Shown here one piece after another: positions 29,260 through 37,290 of a DNA stretch of 45,563 bases. Origin of the DNA: an uncultured Pirellulales bacterium (GTDB lineage Bacteria; Planctomycetota; Phycisphaerae; Sedimentisphaerales; Anaerobacaceae); assembly GCA_964510545.1 (NCBI GenBank), contig CAZECQ010000001.1:1-45563 (forward strand). The letters run 5' to 3'. The notes under the pieces are model-generated. The model was not told where the DNA came from. It made no database searches and saw nothing but the letters and a program-made list of their open reading frames with translations. The position numbers and the translations under genes are program-made. Positions within the stretch are counted from its first letter, which is position 1. Each line of letters begins with the position of its first letter.

Positions 29260-30267
29260 ATGGACAGGATACGGACAGCGGTAGTTGGGGCGGGCAAGAT
29301 GGGGGCGGTTCACGCCAAGGTCTATGACCAGCTTGCCCAGAGCGAACTTGTTGCGGTGGTGGATATCGATGCCGTCAGAGCAGAGCGTCTGGCGAAGAAA
29401 TATGACTGTTTGGCTTTTACCGGTTGTGCTGATTTATTGGGCAAAGTAGATGCGGTAACAATAGCTACTCCGACGATACATCATTTGGAGTTGGCGAAAC
29501 TTTTTATCGAAAACAAAGTGCCCATAATGATTGAGAAGCCGCTGGCGGTCGATGTTAAAGAAAGCAAAAAGATTGTACGGATTGCGAAAAAGAAGGATGT
29601 TGTTGTAGGCGTAGGCCATTCCGAGCGCTGCAATCCGGTTGTACAGGCGATGAAGCGGCTCAATATTGAGCCGAAGTTTATCGAGGCAGACCGTGTCAGC
29701 CCTTATCCATTCCGCTCGACGGATGTGGGCGTTGTGCTGGATGTAATGATACACGATATAGATATTATTCTGTCTATGGCTCAGAGTAAAATTAAAAGAA
29801 TAGATGCGGTGGGCGTTGGAGTTATCGATGACAAGGAAGACATCTGTAATGCGAGAATTGTTTTTGAGAACGGCTGCATTGCAAATATTACCGCCTCAAG
29901 ACTGGCTTTGAAAACTGTAAGAAAGATACGAGTCTTTAGCCGGCAGGGGTATCTGAGTCTGGATTATTTCAAAAAATACGGCATTGCAATTAAGGCCGAA
30001 CCAAATATTGATGTTGTCAAGTGGATAAGAGAGCACAAGGAAGCGGGAGACTTTAATCTGCTGAGTGTCAACTGGCCTGACCTACTGCACATCGAAGAGC
30101 TTGAAATTGATGATAAGGAGCCGCTGCGACTTGAGCAGGAAGCTTTTCTGCGTGCCTGTGCGGATAAGGCGGCCAGGCCTGAGGTTACGGCCGAGGATGG
30201 CCTGGCGGCAATGGAGTGTGCCGAGAGGATTCTGGCCTCTGTGAGAAAGCACAAGTGGGATGGGTGA
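29260..30267 (+). CDS. Gfo/Idh/MocA-family NAD(P)-dependent oxidoreductase
   Basis: Rossmann N-terminus IRTAVVGAGKMGAVHAKV and an EKPLA motif. Located immediately after lpxA. Confidence 0.85.
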   Translation: MDRIRTAVVGAGKMGAVHAKVYDQLAQSELVAVVDIDAVRAERLAKKYDCLAFTGCADLLGKVDAVTIATPTIHHLELAKLFIENKVPIMIEKPLAVDVKESKKIVRIAKKKDVVVGVGHSERCNPVVQAMKRLNIEPKFIEADRVSPYPFRSTDVGVVLDVMIHDIDIILSMAQSKIKRIDAVGVGVIDDKEDICNARIVFENGCIANITASRLALKTVRKIRVFSRQGYLSLDYFKKYGIAIKAEPNIDVVKWIREHKEAGDFNLLSVNWPDLLHIEELEIDDKEPLRLEQEAFLRACADKAARPEVTAEDGLAAMECAERILASVRKHKWDG

Positions 30268-30296
30268 TTGATATTGCTTTATGAAGGGGTTGTTTT

Positions 30297-30938
30297 ATGG
30301 TTAGAAAATCCTGGATTAGTTTATTGTTGGTGACAGTTGTTTTGACGGCCGGTTGTAAACACTGGGAAGATGAGTTTTCAGAAAGCCTGGCTGGAGAAAA
30401 AGCTGCCGGTGAGGAGCGAAAAAAAATGGAGAGTATGCCAAAGAAAGTAAAGCTGGAAACGAGTAAGGGTGACATTATTATTGAGCTTAACGAGGAAAAG
30501 GCACCGGTTACAGTGGCCAATTTCCTTCGGTACGTGGAGGAAGGTTTTTATGATGGGACCATATTTCACAGGGTTATACCAGACTTTATGGTGCAAGGCG
30601 GCGGTTTTACGGCGGATATGCAGAGGGAAGAAACGCATGGGATGATTGTCAATGAAGCCCAAAATGGTTTGAAAAACAATAGAGGCAGTATTGCGATGGC
30701 TCGAATGAATGACCCTGATAGCGCATCAGCTCAGTTTTTCATTAATCACAAAGACAATGACAACCTGAATTATGCCGGACAGATCAATCCGGGGTATGCG
30801 GTGTTCGGCAGAGTAGTCGAAGGTATGGGTGTGGTGGATGCAATTGCGGCGGCGAAGACAACGATTCGTAACGGTATGGGCGATGTTCCCATCGAGCCGA
30901 TAGTCGTAGAATCAGCGAAGGTTGTATCGGGAAAATAG
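30297..30938 (+). CDS. Cyclophilin-type peptidyl-prolyl cis-trans isomerase, probable lipoprotein
   Basis: Lipobox LTAGC. Motifs: FHRVIPDFMVQGGGF, GSIAMAR, SQFFIN, YAVFGRVVEGMGVVD. Confidence 0.9.
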   Translation: MVRKSWISLLLVTVVLTAGCKHWEDEFSESLAGEKAAGEERKKMESMPKKVKLETSKGDIIIELNEEKAPVTVANFLRYVEEGFYDGTIFHRVIPDFMVQGGGFTADMQREETHGMIVNEAQNGLKNNRGSIAMARMNDPDSASAQFFINHKDNDNLNYAGQINPGYAVFGRVVEGMGVVDAIAAAKTTIRNGMGDVPIEPIVVESAKVVSGK

Positions 30939-30951
30939 GGTTCGTAGTAAG

Positions 30952-31659
30952 CTAAGTTTTTAATCTTAGTCTGGTGACCTGTTGGTGGGCAAGGCGAGTA
31001 GGTTCGGGCAGGCGGTATTTAATCACACATTCAAGCACGATTTTAATAGCATCTTTGAGCAGACATTTGTTACCGACGGATACGAAAACCGGCTTGACAT
31101 TGGTGCGTGTTCTGACTACCGCGCCGATTACCTCATCTTTATCCTTTAATAAGCTATATGTGCCTTTTTGTGTTGGGGGTTCTTCGAAGGTGCCAATCAG
31201 TCTGCTTTTTGCACAGCCGATGGTAGGTTTATCGAAGAACAATCCCAGATGTGCCGCAAGACCGAGTCGGCGGGGATGAGCGATGCCCTGGCCATCGACG
31301 ATGAACAGGTCGGGGCAGGTTTTGAGTTTTTCTACGGCTGCGATACAGGCGGGCGCTTCGCGAAAAGAGAGCAGGCCTGGTATGTAGGGCATAGTAACTT
31401 TTCGAGTTGCACTTGTTGTTTCGACAATCTCAAAGGGGATTATCGGCTGTGCGGCGATGGCATTTGTATTGGGAAGTTTCAAGACAACGGCGGCGGCGAC
31501 GATTTTTTGGCCGTCCCTGCAGAGGGAGCAATCCAGGCCGGCAATCAGTTTGGGGCGGTTTTTCAGGGGGGTAAACCGTACTTTGGCAGCGAAACGTCTC
31601 TGCAGCTCTGCCGCCTGTTGATAGGATAAGTTCCAGCTATGTAATCTTTTTGTCCGCAT
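30952..31659 (-). CDS. nfi: Endonuclease V
   Basis: Motifs: IAGLDCS, PYIPGLLSFREAP, LFIVDGQGIAHPRRLGLAAHLG, PTIGCAKSRL. Confidence 0.88.
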   Translation of the reverse strand: MRTKRLHSWNLSYQQAAELQRRFAAKVRFTPLKNRPKLIAGLDCSLCRDGQKIVAAAVVLKLPNTNAIAAQPIIPFEIVETTSATRKVTMPYIPGLLSFREAPACIAAVEKLKTCPDLFIVDGQGIAHPRRLGLAAHLGLFFDKPTIGCAKSRLIGTFEEPPTQKGTYSLLKDKDEVIGAVVRTRTNVKPVFVSVGNKCLLKDAIKIVLECVIKYRLPEPTRLAHQQVTRLRLKT

Positions 31660-31790
31660 AACAGCTATATTTTATTGATTAATAAAAATCAGATTTCATT
31701 TTACCTTCTTGTGTGAGTTTGTTACAATAATTAGCTTGGGTAATTGCAGAATTTTTGAAAAAGCCTGTTGCTCTTAACATTGAGGACGAG

Positions 31791-34685
31791 ATGGCAAAAG
31801 GAATAGAAAAGGCGATAAAGATTACAGGGGCTGCGGAGCATAACCTTAAAAATATCAACCTTAGCGTTCCTCGTGATAAACTGGTGGTGATTACCGGTAT
31901 AAGCGGCTCTGGCAAAAGCTCCCTGGCCTTTGATACGATTTACGCCGAGGGCAGAAGAAAATATGTCGAATCGCTCAGTTCCTATGCACGTCAGTTTCTC
32001 GAACAGATGCAAAAACCGGCGGTGGGAGAGATTACAGGCCTGCCCCCAACAATCGCCATTGAGCAGCGAAGTTCAGCCAGTAATCCCCGGTCAACGGTTG
32101 CTACTACTACAGAAATTTACGATTATTTCAGATTGCTTTTTGCCCGTGTGGGCCAGCCCCACTGCTGGATTTGCGGCAAAGAGATAACCAGCCAGCACCC
32201 TTCACAAATAGTAGATTCGATACTTTCCTTATCTGAAGGGACAAAGGTGCAGATTTGTGCCCCACTGGTTCGCGGTAAAAAAGGCGAGCACAAAAATATT
32301 TTTGCCGAGATACAGCGTGAAGGTTTCGTTCGTGTGCGGGTTGATGGGGTTGTTTACGATTTGCATAATGTTCCTGATTTGAATAAGAACAAAAAGCATA
32401 ATATTGCGGCGGTTGTTGACAGATTGATTATTAATGATTCGGTGCGTGTTCGCCTGACTGATTCGGTGGAGACGGCGCTTAAACTTGCCGACGGGGTGCT
32501 TTTGGTGCTGGCGGCCAGAGCGCAAGCAGAAACGAAAAGCAAAAAATCAGCGACAAACAATAATAGTCAGTGGAAGGAATTTATCTATAGTGAAAAATTT
32601 GCCTGCTCCAGGCATCCGCAGGCGAGTCTTGAGGAGTTGTCGCCGCGGCTGTTTAGCTTTAACAGTCCTTACGGTGCCTGCAGAAGCTGTGACGGGCTGG
32701 GGACAATTCTGGAATTCGATCCCGACCTGGTTGTGTCTGACAAACTAAAGTCGCTGGAAAACGGTGCTATCAGCGCCTGGCGTGGAGGCGGCAAAAGAAT
32801 GAATATATTTTATAATCGGCTTATAAAGAAGTTCTGCAGAAATATGGGTATCAGTAAATCGATACCGTTTGAGCGGATACCTAAAGAGATAAAGAAGGTT
32901 TTGATGTACGGGACAGGGCCGTCTGAGAGACAAAAGTACGGTCTGTCGTTTGAAGGGGTCATCCCGAATCTTGCCCGACGCTGGAGGACAACCACCAGCG
33001 AATACGTTAAAGCCAAATTGCATAGTTATCTTTCTGAGCAGCCCTGCCAAAGCTGCACAGGCTCAAGGCTCAGGCCCGAAGCCGTTGCTGTAACCATAGG
33101 TGGCAGCAATATACATCAACTGACTTCGTTGAGTATTGAAAAGGCGCAGAGATTTTTCAATAAACTTGAACTCGATGAGGAAAAATCGCTGATTGCCGCC
33201 CAGATTTTGAAGGAGATACAGGCCCGGCTGAAATTTATGTTCGATGTCGGGCTTGGTTATTTGACTCTGGATAGGCGCAGCAGCACTCTTTCCGGCGGCG
33301 AGGCACAGCGGATTCGCCTGGCGACACAGGTTGGCAGCGGTCTGGTCGGGGTCTGTTACGTTCTTGATGAACCGACAATCGGTCTGCATAAGCGTGACAA
33401 CGACCGTTTGCTGGGGATACTGCGCCGGCTCAGCAGGCTCGGCAATACCGTTATAGTTGTTGAGCACGATGAGGATATTATTAAAAGTGCGGACCATATT
33501 ATTGACATTGGCCCGGCTGCGGGCGCGCACGGCGGGCGGATTGTTGTGCAGGGTAGTTACAAGGATGTTACCGGATGCAGAAAGTCTTTGACAGGTGAAT
33601 ATTTGAGCGGCAAGAAGAAAATAAGCCTGCCTGTTAAAAGACGCAAATACAATTTGAGAAAAAGCCTTGAGGTAAAAGGCGCTGCCGAGAACAATCTTAG
33701 AAATATAGATGTGAAATTTCCGCTCGGTGTTTTTATCTGCGTGACAGGCGTTTCGGGCTCCGGCAAGAGTTCTTTGGTCAGCCAGATTCTTATAAGGGCC
33801 TTAAAACGCCGGCTTTATGAATCTCGCGAGAGGCCCGGCAAACATAAAACCATTCTTGGCACTTCGCAGATTGACAAAGTTATAGAGATAGACCAGTCGC
33901 CGATAGGCAAAACGCCACGTAGTAACCCAGCCACGTATAGCGGGGTTTTTGACTTGATAAGAAAGCTGTTTAGTATGACGCGGGAGGCAAAGATTCGCGG
34001 TTACAAACCCGGCCGATTCAGCTTTAATGTCAAGGGCGGGCGATGTGAATACTGCAGGGGACAGGGGACAAAGAAAATTGAAATGCACTTTTTGCCGGAT
34101 GTTTATGTAATCTGTCAGAACTGCAAGGGTAAAAGATACAACCCCCAGACGCTGCAGGTTACTTACAAGGGCAAAAACGTTGCTGATGTGCTTGATATGA
34201 GAATAGACGAAGCACTCGAGTTTTTTGCCAACTTTCCGACCATTGTGCGTTTATTGAAGACGCTCTATGACGTTGGTCTGGGATATATGCAGTTGGGCCA
34301 GTCATCAACGACGCTTTCCGGCGGTGAGGCGCAAAGGGTGAAACTGGCAACCGAGCTGGGCAAGGTCGCTACCGGCCGGACACTTTATCTGCTTGATGAG
34401 CCGACAACGGGGCTTCACTTTGCCGATATTCGTAATCTCTTAAATGTCCTGCAGAGATTGACCGATATGGGTAATACAATCGTTGTAATCGAGCATAATC
34501 TTGATGTTATTAAAATGGCGGACTATATAATAGACCTCGGTCCGGGCGGCGGTGATTCGGGCGGCAGAGTCGTTGCTGAAGGAGCGCCGGAGGAGATTGT
34601 CAAAAACAAAAAGAGTTATACAGCAAAATACCTGCGGGACAAACTGAACAGGAAAAAAAGGACAAAAACAAAAAAGCGAGAATAA
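31791..34685 (+). CDS. uvrA: Excinuclease ABC subunit A
   Basis: Two ABC modules (GISGSGKSSLAFDTIYAEG and GVSGSGKSSL, each with LSGGEAQR(I/V)). Zinc modules CWICGKEI, CRSCDGLG and CEYCRGQG...CQNCKGKRY. ATG at 31791 is preceded by GAGGA (the ORF is open from TTG at 31755). Confidence 0.95.
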   Translation: MAKGIEKAIKITGAAEHNLKNINLSVPRDKLVVITGISGSGKSSLAFDTIYAEGRRKYVESLSSYARQFLEQMQKPAVGEITGLPPTIAIEQRSSASNPRSTVATTTEIYDYFRLLFARVGQPHCWICGKEITSQHPSQIVDSILSLSEGTKVQICAPLVRGKKGEHKNIFAEIQREGFVRVRVDGVVYDLHNVPDLNKNKKHNIAAVVDRLIINDSVRVRLTDSVETALKLADGVLLVLAARAQAETKSKKSATNNNSQWKEFIYSEKFACSRHPQASLEELSPRLFSFNSPYGACRSCDGLGTILEFDPDLVVSDKLKSLENGAISAWRGGGKRMNIFYNRLIKKFCRNMGISKSIPFERIPKEIKKVLMYGTGPSERQKYGLSFEGVIPNLARRWRTTTSEYVKAKLHSYLSEQPCQSCTGSRLRPEAVAVTIGGSNIHQLTSLSIEKAQRFFNKLELDEEKSLIAAQILKEIQARLKFMFDVGLGYLTLDRRSSTLSGGEAQRIRLATQVGSGLVGVCYVLDEPTIGLHKRDNDRLLGILRRLSRLGNTVIVVEHDEDIIKSADHIIDIGPAAGAHGGRIVVQGSYKDVTGCRKSLTGEYLSGKKKISLPVKRRKYNLRKSLEVKGAAENNLRNIDVKFPLGVFICVTGVSGSGKSSLVSQILIRALKRRLYESRERPGKHKTILGTSQIDKVIEIDQSPIGKTPRSNPATYSGVFDLIRKLFSMTREAKIRGYKPGRFSFNVKGGRCEYCRGQGTKKIEMHFLPDVYVICQNCKGKRYNPQTLQVTYKGKNVADVLDMRIDEALEFFANFPTIVRLLKTLYDVGLGYMQLGQSSTTLSGGEAQRVKLATELGKVATGRTLYLLDEPTTGLHFADIRNLLNVLQRLTDMGNTIVVIEHNLDVIKMADYIIDLGPGGGDSGGRVVAEGAPEEIVKNKKSYTAKYLRDKLNRKKRTKTKKRE

Positions 34686-34708
34686 AAGGAAGGGTTTGGC
34701 GAATTTTT

Positions 34709-35770
34709 ATGATTGCTCAAACGCTTAAATGGGTTGGTGACATTGACGGTTTTCTGGAGCTTACGGACCAGCGGCTGCTGCCTGCTGAATTTGCCAGGCT
34801 GCAATGCAGGAACATCAGTCAGGTTTATGAAGCGATAAAGACACTTGCTGTGCGTGGGGCGCCTGCCTTAGGGGTTAGCGCTGCTTATGGGCTGGTTTTG
34901 AGTTTGCAGAAGTTGGCTAAAGGTGACGGTGTTCAGGCCGGACTTGTTTGCCTGAAAGAGACCTGTGAGTATCTGGCCTTGTCACGACCGACGGCGGTGA
35001 ACCTATTTTGGGCGATGGAAAGGATAAGGCAAAAAGCTGAGGAATTTACTGCGGCAGACGCGAAGGCGGATGTGAGGAAGCTGCGGCAGTTTGTTTTGGC
35101 TGAGGCGAATGCTATTTGTCAGGAGGATGTTGATATGTGCCGCCTGATTGGAGAAAACGGCCAAAAGTTTATCGAGGAAAGGAGCGGCGTTTTGACACAT
35201 TGCAACGCCGGCGCACTGGCAACTGCCGGTCAGGGGACGGCTTTGTCTGTGCTATTTGAGGCACATAAGAGGGGCAGGAAATTCAAGGTTTATGCTGATG
35301 AGACCCGACCTTTATTACAGGGAGCACGATTGACGGCCTGGGAATTAAAGCAGGCCCGAATTGATGTTACCGTTATTTGTGACAATATGGCAGGAGCGCT
35401 TATGAAGCAGGGGCAAATCAGTATAGTGATAACCGGTGCCGACAGAATCGCTGCAAACGGCGATGCAGCAAATAAAATCGGCACTTACAGCCTTAGTGTT
35501 CTGGCCAAAGAACACAGCATACCTTTTTATATCGCTGCGCCGTCAAGCACATTTGATTTGGGTATAAAAAGCGGGGCCGAGATACCCATCGAGCAAAGGG
35601 CAGCTGAGGAGGTAACGACCTTTGCTGAAGTACAAATTGCACCTGAAGGCGTTGATGTGTATAATCCGGCATTCGACGTTACGGATGCTTCGCTTATTAC
35701 CGCAATAATTACAGAAAAGGGTGTAATTGAGAACCCCAACGCTGACAATATTTCCAGATGTTTAAGGTGA
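34709..35770 (+). CDS. mtnA: S-methyl-5-thioribose-1-phosphate isomerase (eIF-2B alpha/beta/delta-like family)
   Basis: Motifs: LELTDQRLLP, LAVRGAPALGVSAAYG, SRPTAVNLFWA, LTHCNAGALAT, YADETRPLLQGARLTAWEL, GADRIAANGDAANKIGTY, YNPAFDVT. Confidence 0.85.
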   Translation: MIAQTLKWVGDIDGFLELTDQRLLPAEFARLQCRNISQVYEAIKTLAVRGAPALGVSAAYGLVLSLQKLAKGDGVQAGLVCLKETCEYLALSRPTAVNLFWAMERIRQKAEEFTAADAKADVRKLRQFVLAEANAICQEDVDMCRLIGENGQKFIEERSGVLTHCNAGALATAGQGTALSVLFEAHKRGRKFKVYADETRPLLQGARLTAWELKQARIDVTVICDNMAGALMKQGQISIVITGADRIAANGDAANKIGTYSLSVLAKEHSIPFYIAAPSSTFDLGIKSGAEIPIEQRAAEEVTTFAEVQIAPEGVDVYNPAFDVTDASLITAIITEKGVIENPNADNISRCLR

Positions 35771-35777
35771 AAGACTT

Positions 35778-37241
35778 ATGACAGAAACAGGGAGTCAGAA
35801 TTTAGAGTCGGCCGAAACAATTGCCGCAGTGCAGCCGAATGCGGAGTCGTTGCTTCGTTGGCACAGGCGAAACAGTTATTATTATAGCTGGCTGGAGCGG
35901 ATTTATAAATTTGTTGTTCGCCCAAACAGCCGGGTCCTGGACGTTGGTTGTGAGTTTGGAGACCTGTTAGCTGCGGTTGAGCCGTCATATGGTGTTGGGA
36001 TAGATTCGGACGGTGATGCTATTGAACTGGCGAAGAAGCGATTCAGCCATTTGGAGTTTCGCACAGTTGACCCGCACGAAATGGAGATTAACGAAAAATT
36101 TGATTATGTTTTGATTTGCAATTCATTGGGTCAGTGGCGTGACATCCAGGATGTTCTTGAGCGCATTCATCCTGCAACTACAGAGAGCACACGGATTGTG
36201 ATAACCTATTACAATCATTTTTGGGAGAGTGTTTTACGATTGGGGTCTTGGCTTAGGCTTCGTCGGCCGCATTCATATCAAAACTGGCTGCCGTCGAAGG
36301 ACATCGAGAACCTGCTTGGCTTGAGTGGTTTTGATGTTATTCGGTCGGACTCTTTTCTGCTGCTGCCGAAGCGTATTTGGCCTTTTGCAAGTATTTGTAA
36401 TTATTTTCTTACTTTACTGCCGGGATTTCGCTTTTTCAATTTGGTAAATCTTGTGGTGGCCCGTCCATTGCCGGTTGCCTGCCGCGATGAGGACTTGTCT
36501 GTTTCAGTTATAATTCCGTGCAGAAATGAGCGGGGCAACGTTGAGGATGCCATAAGACGGGTTCCGCAGATGGGTAGGGAAACGGAGATAATTTTTGTTG
36601 ATGGCAACAGCACAGACGGCACGGCCGAAGAGATAGAAAATCAGATAAAAAATCATCCGGAACGAAGAATAAGTTTAATTCATCAGGGCGATGGAGTCGG
36701 CAAAGGCGATGCCGTGAGAAAAGGTTTTGCCGCCGCCGAGGCAGATGTACTGGTCATTCAGGATGCGGACCTGACGGCGCCGCCTGAAGATTTGCCGAAA
36801 TTTTTCAGGGCGCTGTGCGATGGTAAAGGCGAGTATATTAACGGTTCTCGGCTTGTTTATCCTATGGAAAAGCAAGCGATGCGTTTTTTGAATCTGCTTG
36901 GGAATAAATTTTTCGGTTCTTTGTTTAGCTGGCTGCTGGGACAGAGATTCAGGGATACACTTTGTGGAACGAAAATGATTCGAAAAAAAGATTATGAGTT
37001 AATAGCAAATAACCGTTCGTACTTTGGCGAATTTGACCCTTTCGGTGATTTTGACCTTATTTTTGGAGCGGTCAAGCAGAACTTTAAGGTTGTTGAGGTG
37101 CCGGTGACATATCGTGCAAGAACTTACGGTTCGACAAATATCAGCCGATTCAGACACGGCTGGCTGCTGCTTAAAATGAGCTGGATTGCATTTAAGAAAA
37201 TCAAGTGGCTTGGAAGGGCACGTGACACAAAAACAAATTGA
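35778..37241 (+). CDS. Fusion protein: N-terminal class I SAM-methyltransferase-like domain plus C-terminal GT2 (DPM1/ArnC/GtrB-like polyprenyl-phosphate glycosyltransferase)
   Basis: Methyltransferase-like part: VLDVGCEFGDLL, FDYVLICNSLG. Hydrophobic linker. GT2 part: VSVIIPCRNERGNV, EIIFVDGNSTDGT, GKGDAVRKGF, VIQDADLTAPPEDL. The start is 7 nt after the mtnA stop. Confidence 0.8.
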   Translation: MTETGSQNLESAETIAAVQPNAESLLRWHRRNSYYYSWLERIYKFVVRPNSRVLDVGCEFGDLLAAVEPSYGVGIDSDGDAIELAKKRFSHLEFRTVDPHEMEINEKFDYVLICNSLGQWRDIQDVLERIHPATTESTRIVITYYNHFWESVLRLGSWLRLRRPHSYQNWLPSKDIENLLGLSGFDVIRSDSFLLLPKRIWPFASICNYFLTLLPGFRFFNLVNLVVARPLPVACRDEDLSVSVIIPCRNERGNVEDAIRRVPQMGRETEIIFVDGNSTDGTAEEIENQIKNHPERRISLIHQGDGVGKGDAVRKGFAAAEADVLVIQDADLTAPPEDLPKFFRALCDGKGEYINGSRLVYPMEKQAMRFLNLLGNKFFGSLFSWLLGQRFRDTLCGTKMIRKKDYELIANNRSYFGEFDPFGDFDLIFGAVKQNFKVVEVPVTYRARTYGSTNISRFRHGWLLLKMSWIAFKKIKWLGRARDTKTN

Positions 37242-37290
37242 CCAAATTAAATTTATTTCTTGAGCATCCGACGCTTGGCAGAGAGGCTGT

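Noticed and set aside
30974-31629. + strand ORFs of 101 aa and 153 aa opposite nfi
   Set aside because: They are shadow ORFs. The - strand frame carries the complete endonuclease V motif set.
31660-31790. An SOS/LexA operator in the divergent nfi-uvrA promoter region
   Set aside because: I found no CTGT-N8-ACAG or GAAC-N4-GTTC type palindrome, only AT-rich promoter-like sequence. The LexA motif of this lineage is unknown to me, so no call is possible.
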